From Rubripirellula sp. (lineage in GTDB: Bacteria > Planctomycetota > Planctomycetia > Pirellulales > Pirellulaceae), in contig OZ244207.1 in the NCBI GenBank assembly GCA_965216875.1, positions 2,336,001 to 2,400,000 of the forward strand: a stretch of DNA of 64,000 bases, read 5' to 3'. The notes under the pieces are model-generated. The model was not told the DNA's origin. It did no database searches and was given only the letters and a program-made list of their open reading frames with translations. Position 1 is the stretch's first letter. Every line of letters starts with the position of its first letter. This document shows, piece after piece, positions 29,982 to 39,375 of the stretch. The translations under genes were made by a program, and so were the position numbers.

Positions 29982-31531
29982 GGTTCTTCCTCTTTCTTAT
30001 CTTGAGAAGTATCTCGTGTTTGTTGGGGTGCCGATTGCGATCCATTTGCTGGCAATTTCTGCGAGCTCTCGGCAGACGCTTCGGGCGTCAATTGAACATC
30101 CAGCAACTCGTCATCACCTAGGCTGTCGTCAAGCAGCGCATCATCAAGCAGCGATGCGGTTGCGTTGGGCTGAGCGGAGTTGACCGCATTTGATCCCGCG
30201 GGTTGTTGAGTCTTGTTGACCGTTGCGCCGGAGCCAAAGTGCTTTCTGAGAGGCGCGTTGATATTCGTGGTGGTATCGGGCTTTTTATCTGGAATCACCC
30301 ATCGGCCACTCGTCTCGCCGTGCATTCGCTTTAGATACTCACTGATTTTGGTTCGAGCAAATGCCTCGCCCCCAGCTTTGTTCATCAGCGCAGCGACGGC
30401 GTCGAGGTGGTCTCCAAAGTTGCTGTGCTGCGTTTGGTCCACTTTGCGGGGGCGCCCAAAGATCGGAAACAGCATCAAGCAAATGACGACACCCAAGAAC
30501 ACGCCGTGAATGGTGATCAAAGAAAGCGGGTAGACGGTCAACAATTCCATGCCGCTGGCCTTCGGAACACCCGGTTCCGATTCACTCACCGAGATATCGT
30601 TACCCCAAGTCAACATGAACCCGATCCGCAAATCATCGTCGCCCGCGGGAGTGGCTTCTTCGATGATGGCGTCCGCAATCCGTCGATTCGCCGGCTCGGT
30701 GAACCCGTAATTGGTCAGCAGCGAGCCACTGTTAACAACGATGACTCGCGAATTACTCCACTGTTTGTGGGTCACCTCGCCAATGACGACTTTACCCGTA
30801 CTCGAGGTAACCAGCGGGTTGAATGGGTGCGATTGCGAGTAGCCGGCAAATCCACTTTTGGTGCAAAGGAATTGGCCACCACGATCGGTCGCCAGTTGCG
30901 ATACCGAATTGTACGACTCTTCATCGAAAGCGTAGACCGAAAACTCGACACTCGTCGACGACGGCCGAACATCCTCGCCATTGATCCGATCAGCCCACGC
31001 GCCGCCGACTACACCGATTGGCTCACGGACCATATCGTCGCTGAAAAGAAACCAGCCATTGGTCGCACTGGCTCGAGGCGACATCTGCCCCATCAGCCGC
31101 TCGTTCAGTTTTGCGGCGGCGCGGCGGCGGTATTCCAACCGGTGCTCCGGTGGGGCAAGCTTTGACGCGTCAGTCCAGTAGTCGATTTCGCTTCCAGAGT
31201 CGGGCAGGACATAGACAAGCGTCTTATTTCCAGATCGCAACCATTGGTGCATCCATTCCGTGCTTTTGTCTTCGAAACTGGCGATGGTACGTGGCGTCCA
31301 TACAAGCACATCGGTTTGCTTGACGCGCCGGGTAAGCCGAGTGATGTCGCGGGCTTCGAATCCAGCTTCTTCGAAACTATTGCGCAGCGACCCAAAGCCG
31401 TTGATACTGACGCGACCGGCTGAACCACGCGACGGACCGTACGCAGTCTTTAGTTCTGAAGCGCATCCAGAACACACCGCCGTCAACAGAACCGCGATGA
31501 TCGCGATCCATTTGCCTTTGATCCAAATCAC
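29978..31531 (-). CDS. DUF4350-like membrane protein/lipoprotein of the MoxR operon
   Basis: GTG start overlapping the upstream stop, with GGAGG RBS; possible lipobox AVCSGC; SINGFG; TM followed by PIFGRPR..HLDAVAAL. Confidence 0.7.
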   Translation of the reverse strand: MIWIKGKWIAIIAVLLTAVCSGCASELKTAYGPSRGSAGRVSINGFGSLRNSFEEAGFEARDITRLTRRVKQTDVLVWTPRTIASFEDKSTEWMHQWLRSGNKTLVYVLPDSGSEIDYWTDASKLAPPEHRLEYRRRAAAKLNERLMGQMSPRASATNGWFLFSDDMVREPIGVVGGAWADRINGEDVRPSSTSVEFSVYAFDEESYNSVSQLATDRGGQFLCTKSGFAGYSQSHPFNPLVTSSTGKVVIGEVTHKQWSNSRVIVVNSGSLLTNYGFTEPANRRIADAIIEEATPAGDDDLRIGFMLTWGNDISVSESEPGVPKASGMELLTVYPLSLITIHGVFLGVVICLMLFPIFGRPRKVDQTQHSNFGDHLDAVAALMNKAGGEAFARTKISEYLKRMHGETSGRWVIPDKKPDTTTNINAPLRKHFGSGATVNKTQQPAGSNAVNSAQPNATASLLDDALLDDSLGDDELLDVQLTPEASAESSQKLPANGSQSAPQQTRDTSQDKKEEEP

Positions 31532-32343
31532 GCGGCGACCTCCTGTCGATGCTTCACAATCTCTTCGAGCTTTGAGTTTCCACGCCAAAGATCTTTGAAA
31601 GTGTCGCCCCGGATTTCATGGCGCCCAAAATAGGACTGTTCGAATGCCCGGACTGTCTCGCGCAAAAGGGTTGCTGCCGAAGGATCGCCCGCTTTCGTTT
31701 CGCGTACGTATTTGCCATTCGTCTTGCCGCGGTTGAGACGCAAGAGGCCAGCGCGGTCGAGCAGCAAGAGTTGATGTCCGAACAAAAGGATGATGGCTTG
31801 ATCAAAAGCACCTAGCCCCATCAAACGCTCGGCCTCCGTACGTAGATTCACATCGGTACGTCTCAGTTCGGCCGGCAGGTGCTTGATTCGCTCGAGCGTC
31901 TGCTCATCCGGCGATTCATCTTCTCGCTTCGCTTTCTTTGCGTTGTCGCTACCAAAGTCGACTTCGGATTTCGAGATGGCAAACAACAAAAGGCCAACGA
32001 TGACACAGGCCAGGACAACCAAAAGCATCCAGCCGACCATATTGCCCAAAGATAGACCGCCAAGACCACCGCCTCCGCCGCCACCTCCGCCGCCCGCGGC
32101 ACCACCTGTGTTGGTGGTCGCCTTGTTCTTCGAAACTCGATCGGCTTTGGGCAACCAACGACTGTTACGGTTGAGCACCTCGCCGTCAGCTGGCGTGACG
32201 TGAATGGGAACGAGCTCACCCGCGTCGCCGTCGAACCAGCTCGTATTGGGAATCGATCGTGACGCGGGAGATTCGTCGTCGCCGAGCGCAGGAACAGAGA
32301 TCGAGAGCAGGCACAAACAAGCCGCCAAACACCGGAACATCAT
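31528..32343 (-). CDS. DUF4129 domain protein
   Basis: Signal peptide, poly-Gly linker, TM; AIILLF..GKTNGKYVRE..FEQSYFG. Confidence 0.8.
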   Translation of the reverse strand: MMFRCLAACLCLLSISVPALGDDESPASRSIPNTSWFDGDAGELVPIHVTPADGEVLNRNSRWLPKADRVSKNKATTNTGGAAGGGGGGGGGGLGGLSLGNMVGWMLLVVLACVIVGLLLFAISKSEVDFGSDNAKKAKREDESPDEQTLERIKHLPAELRRTDVNLRTEAERLMGLGAFDQAIILLFGHQLLLLDRAGLLRLNRGKTNGKYVRETKAGDPSAATLLRETVRAFEQSYFGRHEIRGDTFKDLWRGNSKLEEIVKHRQEVAA

Positions 32344-33365
32344 CCTTCCTCCGATGTAACGAGTGCTGCGGTTTCGACCTCTTGCGATGACTGAGTGCCA
32401 CTCTTTTGTGGCCGACGTTTTTCAGATGGCGTCACGCGATGCCGCTGCATCCAGCCGGCATCTTCACCAAACTGACGCATCGCTTCGGCTCGAATCGCTA
32501 ATTCGACTTCCCAACCTTCGAGACGAATCCGCGTATCGAGGTAGCTGAGCAGTCGAACGATACAGCTCAGTCCAGCCACCATCCACAAAGCTAATGGAAA
32601 AATCACCACGTAGACGAACAGATCCCAGCTCCACGCCCCGGTCCCAATTCCCCGGACAAAAAGCAGCGAATAGATCGTGCTAAGCAGGATCCAGAACAGC
32701 ACGAATGCCACGGCAAAGAAGCGTCCTCCAAGGTCACTCGCGACCGGGGTATGCAGCGATTTTGAACGGCGTGAAGAGGTAATCTCATTCTTGTTTTTCG
32801 AACGCAGTGGACATTGTTCGAGCAACAGAATCTCGGGAAGAAACGGACGAGAACTGCGTTGAACCGCCATCACGACAACGAGAACGATTGGCAACATGAC
32901 GTCCATCAACGGGTTCGCGTCGTGCGCAAACATTCGAAAGGCGAGCAGGAACATGGTAGGAATCGCCATCCTTGTCACGCCCAGTACCCAAACCCAAGTG
33001 CGAGCCAGGCGCCGCACTTCGCGAAAAACACTACGCCAAGGCGGCCTTTGCTCGAAAACGGCTTGCCCCAAGTAGTAGGTCGTAAACACTCCCGCCGCTG
33101 GGGTTTGCAAAATGACGAGCAGTGTCATCCACATCATGTACCGAGTGAGCTCCGGAAACGCCTCCGGATCGTCGAACCCATATTTCGATTCGTTGAGAGG
33201 AATTCCGCCCAACAAAACGAAGTTGGCGATGGCCCAAGGCAATGCGCCAAGAGCGAACCCAACGAGCAGCGAGCTGGGATAGCGACGTATCATCACCAGT
33301 GCGAGGTCACCAATCTCAGAAAGCGCTCTGAGTCGGATAACAACATGCGTGCGATCAAGCTGCAT
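32340..33365 (-). CDS. Multi-TM membrane protein of the MoxR/SpoIIM operon
   Basis: Several TMs; IRLRALSEIGDLA; YLDTRIRLEGWEVEL. Confidence 0.78.
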   Translation of the reverse strand: MQLDRTHVVIRLRALSEIGDLALVMIRRYPSSLLVGFALGALPWAIANFVLLGGIPLNESKYGFDDPEAFPELTRYMMWMTLLVILQTPAAGVFTTYYLGQAVFEQRPPWRSVFREVRRLARTWVWVLGVTRMAIPTMFLLAFRMFAHDANPLMDVMLPIVLVVVMAVQRSSRPFLPEILLLEQCPLRSKNKNEITSSRRSKSLHTPVASDLGGRFFAVAFVLFWILLSTIYSLLFVRGIGTGAWSWDLFVYVVIFPLALWMVAGLSCIVRLLSYLDTRIRLEGWEVELAIRAEAMRQFGEDAGWMQRHRVTPSEKRRPQKSGTQSSQEVETAALVTSEEG

Positions 33366-34383
33366 CTTCGCCTCCATCGATCGGGGGCGCCGTCAAGATA
33401 TCTCTCGGGAATCCAAGGATCACAAAGTAGAAGCTGATCAACCCCGACGACATGATCGCCCACATCGCCTTGACCGTGTAAGGCGCTGGACTTGGCGAGA
33501 GAAATCCTTCGGTAAACGCCGCCATACAAAACAGAACGGCGGAGGCCGAGATGACGGGCACGGCGCGCATGGCGCTCTTTCGAACCGAATCCATCCGAGA
33601 CAGACCACCGGTGCTGAACAGACCAACGCCAAGCCTTAGTCCGGCCGCAGCTGCAAGTGCGATCGCCGTCAGTTCGAACGGACCGTGCGCCGTGACGAAG
33701 TGGTAAAAGTTATCACCGCCCGAAACCTCGGGTCTGGCCATGTAGCCAAACATTGTCCCCAGCGCTACCGCGTTAAAGGCAAGCGTGAACAAACAGGGGA
33801 TGATCAGGATTCCATAAGCAAAACACTGCAAACCGATGCCCGTGTTGTGACGGATGTAAAACGAAGACATCATCACATAGTGGTCAAGCGACGCGTCGAG
33901 CGGCTCGTCGTACATCTCTTCGAGGCTTTCCAGTTGCGTTTCACCCACCATGTTTTGGGCAAAGTTTGGAAAGAGTTCCTCGTTCGCACCGAGATACATC
34001 GAAAGTGCGAAGAGACCAAAAAACACAAACGTCGCCACGCGGACACAGGGGTCGGCAAAGATCTGCTGAGGAGCTTGACGCAGGATCACGTCATGCCAGC
34101 GATTGGGCTCAAACCGATTGGCACGATAGAGTTGGTTGTGTGCTCGAGCGACCAAACGGTGCAGGTAGGTGACCGTTCCCGGCGGCAGTTGGTAAGCATC
34201 CGCCAACGCGAGGTCTGCACACGCAGCACGGTAGAGCGTTGAAAAACGTGAAACGCCCTCTGCGCCACGATGTCCTGGTCCACGGGCCGAATCGGTCTTT
34301 CCACGAACCTCCATTGCATCACACAGTCGTTCCAATTCTGTCCATTGGACCCGGCGTTTTTCGAGCAGTGTTGCGACGTTCAT
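33355..34383 (-). CDS. Stage II sporulation protein M family membrane protein
   Basis: WTELE..LYRAACADLALA; HN..FNAVALG; HGPFELTAI..AGLRLG; AFTEGFLSP. Confidence 0.88.
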   Translation of the reverse strand: MNVATLLEKRRVQWTELERLCDAMEVRGKTDSARGPGHRGAEGVSRFSTLYRAACADLALADAYQLPPGTVTYLHRLVARAHNQLYRANRFEPNRWHDVILRQAPQQIFADPCVRVATFVFFGLFALSMYLGANEELFPNFAQNMVGETQLESLEEMYDEPLDASLDHYVMMSSFYIRHNTGIGLQCFAYGILIIPCLFTLAFNAVALGTMFGYMARPEVSGGDNFYHFVTAHGPFELTAIALAAAAGLRLGVGLFSTGGLSRMDSVRKSAMRAVPVISASAVLFCMAAFTEGFLSPSPAPYTVKAMWAIMSSGLISFYFVILGFPRDILTAPPIDGGEDAA

Positions 34384-35426
34384 TGAGGCCCCCGGTTTGG
34401 CTGGCCCTGAGTTGGCTGAGGCCGCATTTGCTGAGTGGTTACCGGCGCACTCGGACCGTCCATCGACGGCAGCTGGTTGTCCGAACTCGTGAGCGCTTCG
34501 GTGATGGCTGAAGTGGGCGCGTTGCTGTCGCCAGCGAGCCCCTGAGGTTTATTCATATCGCGTAGCAGCGGGCTGTAACCGGCTAGTGGTCCCAGATCAG
34601 GCAACTCGGCATTGGGGTCGGCGAGAAAAGTCTTGTAGTAAAGCGCATACATCAGCAAATCGGGATCGATATCCGGACGGAACTCAAATCGTTCCACCAG
34701 CGGCGCGGTCAAATGGCGTGCAACTTCACGCCGGCGAGCTGGCGTCAGGTAGTGACGACGTTCAGCGTAAATGGCCAACGTCCGCGCCATGCTACGCGAC
34801 ACGCGGTAGTCACCCGGAAAGAAAGATGCCAACGCTGGCACTCTCGCGTCATCCACCTTGGCCACCGGCAGCCTCCAACTCCGTTCGTCAACAATCACCA
34901 TCGTTCCTGCTGCTAAATCGCCCAGACGTTGCAGACGGCGAGTCGAAATCATGACCCCGAGCCCAATCATGCCCGTGGGTATCAAAAACGCGGGCGGCGC
35001 GCCCTCGGCGATATCAGCCAACGCCGCCATGGGGAATAGATCGGCAATCCTCAGCAGGTTCCGAATCAACGCGCGCTTTCCGCTGATCGGTCTGCCGTCG
35101 ACCGAAATTGCGCGAATCCCACAGGCCCATTTCCCGATCGTACGACCGTTGAAATAGGTCTCCAAGATCGTGCCGTAAAACCAACTCACGAAAAAGTAGA
35201 TCAGGTTCACGGCCGCAAAAGCGAACGGTCCCAGCGCCCAAAAATCAACCAGCCCGACAATCAACATGATCCCGAGACCCACCGCAAGGATGAACATCCA
35301 GCGAATGGCGACGTCGATCAAATAGGCAGGCAGGCGACGGAACGGGCCTGCAAGTTGGTAATCGAACGAGATGTTCTCGGGCGTAACAACCGCGATTGTT
35401 GTATCGAGTGCTGCGGGGGCGGCCAT
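34380..35426 (-). CDS. RDD family membrane protein
   Basis: TPENI..LAGPFRRLPAYLID; GRTIGK..IRNLLR..D; QRLGDLAAGTMV. Confidence 0.9.
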   Translation of the reverse strand: MAAPAALDTTIAVVTPENISFDYQLAGPFRRLPAYLIDVAIRWMFILAVGLGIMLIVGLVDFWALGPFAFAAVNLIYFFVSWFYGTILETYFNGRTIGKWACGIRAISVDGRPISGKRALIRNLLRIADLFPMAALADIAEGAPPAFLIPTGMIGLGVMISTRRLQRLGDLAAGTMVIVDERSWRLPVAKVDDARVPALASFFPGDYRVSRSMARTLAIYAERRHYLTPARRREVARHLTAPLVERFEFRPDIDPDLLMYALYYKTFLADPNAELPDLGPLAGYSPLLRDMNKPQGLAGDSNAPTSAITEALTSSDNQLPSMDGPSAPVTTQQMRPQPTQGQPNRGPQ

Positions 35427-35734
35427 GCGGTCGTCAAAACTCTCGTGAATGTAAATCTGGGCTGCCGCAACCACCACCGATTCTCTCGGAGGTTTCGGAA
35501 AGGGATGTCCTTCCAGTTTCCGGCTCTACCATTATCGACCGCGTCCCCCCCGCTATGCAACTGCATGGCAAGATTCCGCGATCGACTTGCGAACAAAAGT
35601 TGTACGTTTTCTGCCGCCAGATTGTGCGGCAGATGCCACTTGATACAGCACTTCGTGCTAAAACTTGACTCCTGCCGCTCTCATTTGACCTCCTCAATGT
35701 GCGCGCGTCATTCTCCCGCGCTTCTGAAGACGCC

Positions 35735-37369
35735 ATGACCGATTCGTCGCAAGCTCCCAATCCCTACGAAAGTCACCCGCCATCGGACGACGCCAACGGC
35801 TCATTGGATAGCACAAAAGGCCCCTCCTCGAATCCAGAATCGGACGATCAGTCCCCTGTCGACCCACCCCAGAGCCCGATGCGCATCATTCGCTGCATCG
35901 GACCGGGCCTGATTGTCGCCGGTTCCATCGTGGGCAGCGGTGAATTGATCGCGACGACCAAGACGGGTGCCGAAGCCGGATTCAGCCTGCTTTGGTTGAT
36001 CATCATCGGCTGCGTGGTAAAGGTCTTTGCTCAAATCGAGTTTGGCCGCTATGCGATCATTAGTGGAAAGCCAACCCTTCGAGCGCTTGATGAAGTGCCA
36101 GGACCACGCATCAAGGGTCGCGGTAACTGGTTGGTTTGGTATTGGCTGGTGATGTGGCTGGCGAGCATCAGCCAACTCGGCGGAATTGTAGGTGGCGTCG
36201 GCCAAGCACTTGCGATCAGCGCACCGATCACTCAAGCCGGTGTCGCCTACAACGAAACCGCCGACGCAGAAACCCTCAAGAAGTTCGAAGACTTCCTCGA
36301 AGCTCAAGATGGCGAAGCGGTCGCGGGGGAAGAATCCAACGTTCGCCTTGTCGACGACACGCCGTCCGAAACCGCAACGCTTGCCACACCAGCCGACGCG
36401 GCGATCTGGGCAACCATCATGGCGGTCGCAACAAGTGTGCTGCTTTATGTCGGCCGCTACGGATTGATTCAATCACTTTCGACCGTCCTGGTCGCGTCGT
36501 TCACCGTCCTAACCGTATTGAATCTGTTCTTGTTGCAACGCCAAGCGGACTGGAGCGTCAGTCTGGCCGAGTTTGTTTCCGGTTTGAAATTCTCATTGCC
36601 CGAATCCTCGCCAGGGGTAAACCCGATCGGAACCGCGTTGGCCACGTTTGGCATTATTGGAGTGGGAGCCGCGGAACTGGTGGTCTATCCCTATTGGTGC
36701 CTCGAAAAAGGATATGCACGCTTCACAGGCAAAAACGATGGTTCGGCAGAATGGACTCGGCGCGCCCAGGGCTGGATGCGGGTGATGCGGGTCGACGCCT
36801 GGGGTGCGATGGCGGTCTACACCTTCGCGACGGTCGCCTTCTACTTACTAGGAGCCGCGATTCTTCACCGCGTCGGATTGAACCCTGAACGCGACAGCAT
36901 GGTTCGCACGCTCGCCGTGATGTTTGTGCCCGTCTTTTCTGATTGGGCTTCGGCAGTCTTTCTCTTTGGTGCGTTCGCAGTCCTGTATTCGACCTTCTTT
37001 GTGGCCAATGCAAGTCACGCCCGGACCTTTGCGGATGCGTTGCATGTCATTGGCGTGATCGGAAAGGACGAAGAAACCCAAAAGAAATGGGTCCGGATTC
37101 TCAGCGGCGTCTTCCCCATCTTGTGCTTGGTGATCTTCCTCTTGATACAAGCCCCCGCGCAGCTTGTCTTGATTTCTGGCGTCGCCCAGGGAGTGATGCT
37201 TCCGATGCTCGCCGGCGCTGCCCTCTTTTTCCGATACCGACGTTCCGTCCCCGGACTCACACCCGGCAAGATTTGGGACATCATGCTTTGGGTTTCGGCC
37301 GTCGCAATGTTGATCACCGGAAGCTGGACCGTGATCAACAAAGTGCAGGGGTATTTGTCAGGCCCGTAA
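35735..37369 (+). CDS. NRAMP/MntH-related (APC superfamily) transporter
   Basis: IGPGLIVAGSIVGSGELI..GAEAGF; many TM helices; lacks the canonical DPGN metal motif. Confidence 0.8.
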   Translation: MTDSSQAPNPYESHPPSDDANGSLDSTKGPSSNPESDDQSPVDPPQSPMRIIRCIGPGLIVAGSIVGSGELIATTKTGAEAGFSLLWLIIIGCVVKVFAQIEFGRYAIISGKPTLRALDEVPGPRIKGRGNWLVWYWLVMWLASISQLGGIVGGVGQALAISAPITQAGVAYNETADAETLKKFEDFLEAQDGEAVAGEESNVRLVDDTPSETATLATPADAAIWATIMAVATSVLLYVGRYGLIQSLSTVLVASFTVLTVLNLFLLQRQADWSVSLAEFVSGLKFSLPESSPGVNPIGTALATFGIIGVGAAELVVYPYWCLEKGYARFTGKNDGSAEWTRRAQGWMRVMRVDAWGAMAVYTFATVAFYLLGAAILHRVGLNPERDSMVRTLAVMFVPVFSDWASAVFLFGAFAVLYSTFFVANASHARTFADALHVIGVIGKDEETQKKWVRILSGVFPILCLVIFLLIQAPAQLVLISGVAQGVMLPMLAGAALFFRYRRSVPGLTPGKIWDIMLWVSAVAMLITGSWTVINKVQGYLSGP

Positions 37370-37579
37370 TCGGCTAGCCTCTCGCAAATGACGTAATCGC
37401 GGCTCGTCGAGAGGCATTGTGTTCCAGGGACAATTCGGCCCCCGCTTTTTTCGGACCAACCTCAGGCGAAAGCGCGTGAAGAATCCCGCGAATGCTCGGT
37501 GCTACAAACGGGTGTTTAGGTAATCATCGCAGTCCTACTGCGCAGTCATCGACAAACACTGGAGAAGGCATTCCTTTCG

Positions 37580-38560
37580 ATGCGTTTTGGAATCATAGGT
37601 ACTGGACGGATCACCCGTCGCCTCGTGGCTGACTTACAGTCGACCGACGGCGTCGAGGTAACGGCGATTGCCAGTCGCACTGCGGAACGTGCGAAATGGT
37701 ACGCCGACCAATATGGAATCGCGGCAGCGGTAAGCGGCTACGCCGAGTTACTCAAGCGCGACGACATCGATGCCGTCTATATCTCATTGCCCCCATCGAT
37801 GCACTGCGAATGGACGCTCGCAGCAGCGATCGCGGGCAAACATGTCCTCTGTGAAAAACCGCTGGGCGTCAACGCTAAGGAAGCGCTCGCGATGATGGAC
37901 GCTTGCCATAGCGCAGGCGTGCGATTGCTCGATGCCACTGGTTGGCTTCACCACCCTCGCACTGACGCGTTTGCGGACTGGCTGACTGCGGGAGAATTTG
38001 GAACGATCGGCCACATCAGCGCCGCCGTTTCCTTCTACCAGCCGTTTCAATCGGGCGACCATCGTCTCGACCCTGAGCTTGGCGGAGGCTGCATTCTCGA
38101 CTTGGGCTGGTACGCATGCGGAGTCGTTCGATTCGCAATGCAACAATTGCCGCAATCGGTTGTTGCCGAAGCGGTGTTTCGTGACGGTGTCCCACAACGC
38201 GCGACCGCAATCCTCCGCTTCGACAACGACATTTCCGCTTCCGTCTCGTGTGGCTACGACACGGCAACTCGCAAATGGTTCGAAGTCGCGGGAAGCGGGT
38301 CGTCGCTCATCTGTGATGATTTCACCCGTCCTTGGCATGATCGACCGCCCCGTTGTTGGATTCATGACGCATCGGGATCGGTCCAATCACACAGCTACGC
38401 GGGCAATCAAGAGCGACGCATGATTTCACGTTTCATCGGCGATGAATCGATCAGTGCGTTGCAACAACAGTGCTACCAGACGCAACAAATCCTCGACGCA
38501 ATCAACCGGTCCGTTTCGGAAAACGAGCGTGTTGAAATGCAGGATATCGTCGGAGCTTGA
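37580..38560 (+). CDS. Gfo/Idh/MocA family oxidoreductase
   Basis: RFGIIGTGRI, DIDAVYISLP, GKHVLCEKP, GGGCILDLGWY. Confidence 0.92.
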   Translation: MRFGIIGTGRITRRLVADLQSTDGVEVTAIASRTAERAKWYADQYGIAAAVSGYAELLKRDDIDAVYISLPPSMHCEWTLAAAIAGKHVLCEKPLGVNAKEALAMMDACHSAGVRLLDATGWLHHPRTDAFADWLTAGEFGTIGHISAAVSFYQPFQSGDHRLDPELGGGCILDLGWYACGVVRFAMQQLPQSVVAEAVFRDGVPQRATAILRFDNDISASVSCGYDTATRKWFEVAGSGSSLICDDFTRPWHDRPPRCWIHDASGSVQSHSYAGNQERRMISRFIGDESISALQQQCYQTQQILDAINRSVSENERVEMQDIVGA

Positions 38561-38564
38561 CGCC

Positions 38565-38912
38565 ATGCGCATGATTGTTGCAATCATCCAACCGACCAAA
38601 CTCTCCGCGGTTCGCGATGCTCTGGCCCAGCTTGGCATTCACAACATGACCGTCTGTGATGCAATGGGCTATGGACGACAGCGCGGACAAGTCGCAAGTT
38701 TTCGTGGCAACGAATACAAGGTCGATCTGCTACGAAAGATTGCCTTGGAAATCGCCGTTTCGGACGAGCGTCTTGACGAGGTGATCGACGTCATCCGCAC
38801 CTCGGCGCTGACCGGCAGCGAAGGACAAATCGGTGACGGCAAGATCTTTGTCCTGCCGATGGGCGAGGCGATCGATATCGCCACCGGCAACCGCGGCGCA
38901 AGGGTGACGTAG
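38565..38912 (+). CDS. P-II family nitrogen regulatory protein (GlnB/GlnK-like)
   Basis: IVAIIQPTKL..V..GYGRQRG..FRGNEY (T-loop Tyr), TG..GDGKIFV. Confidence 0.92.
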   Translation: MRMIVAIIQPTKLSAVRDALAQLGIHNMTVCDAMGYGRQRGQVASFRGNEYKVDLLRKIALEIAVSDERLDEVIDVIRTSALTGSEGQIGDGKIFVLPMGEAIDIATGNRGARVT

Positions 38913-38932
38913 CGCCGCGATGTCTGAGCGGT

Positions 38933-39337
38933 CTATTCCGCGGACATCATCGAGAAATCGCCGTAGTTCCAACTGACGGTCGTGGGCGGATGGAGTTCCG
39001 TTGTCCCAACGCCCGTATTCACAAATTCGCCATCAATCTTGTAGGTCCAACCTTCACTGGCCGACGTTGCCAAATCACCAATTCGATTGACAAAGGCTGT
39101 GGTCCCGGATCCCTGGATCTCGATCGTGGGTTCCGTCAAATCTACCAGCACGGTCTCGAGTGTGGTCCCGTCGGGAACATCAGGGACGGAGTACCGTTGC
39201 ACCGAGTCGCCGCCAAGGATCTCTATCGTGACCGTTCCGGTCTGCTGTTGGCCCGTTTCGCTGCCAGAGGGAGCCTCGCTCTTGGTCGAGCAGGCAGGTA
39301 CCAAGAGAATGAGTGCGAGCAAACAGAACTTTTTCAT
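38933..39337 (-). CDS. DUF4430-domain lipoprotein (transcobalamin C-terminal-like beta-grasp)
   Basis: Lipobox LVPAC; GSGTTAFVNRIG..WTYKIDGEF..G..VSWNY. Confidence 0.75.
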   Translation of the reverse strand: MKKFCLLALILLVPACSTKSEAPSGSETGQQQTGTVTIEILGGDSVQRYSVPDVPDGTTLETVLVDLTEPTIEIQGSGTTAFVNRIGDLATSASEGWTYKIDGEFVNTGVGTTELHPPTTVSWNYGDFSMMSAE

Positions 39338-39375
39338 CGATCGGCTTTATGTGAGTTGTGACCAAAAAGCCGAAC

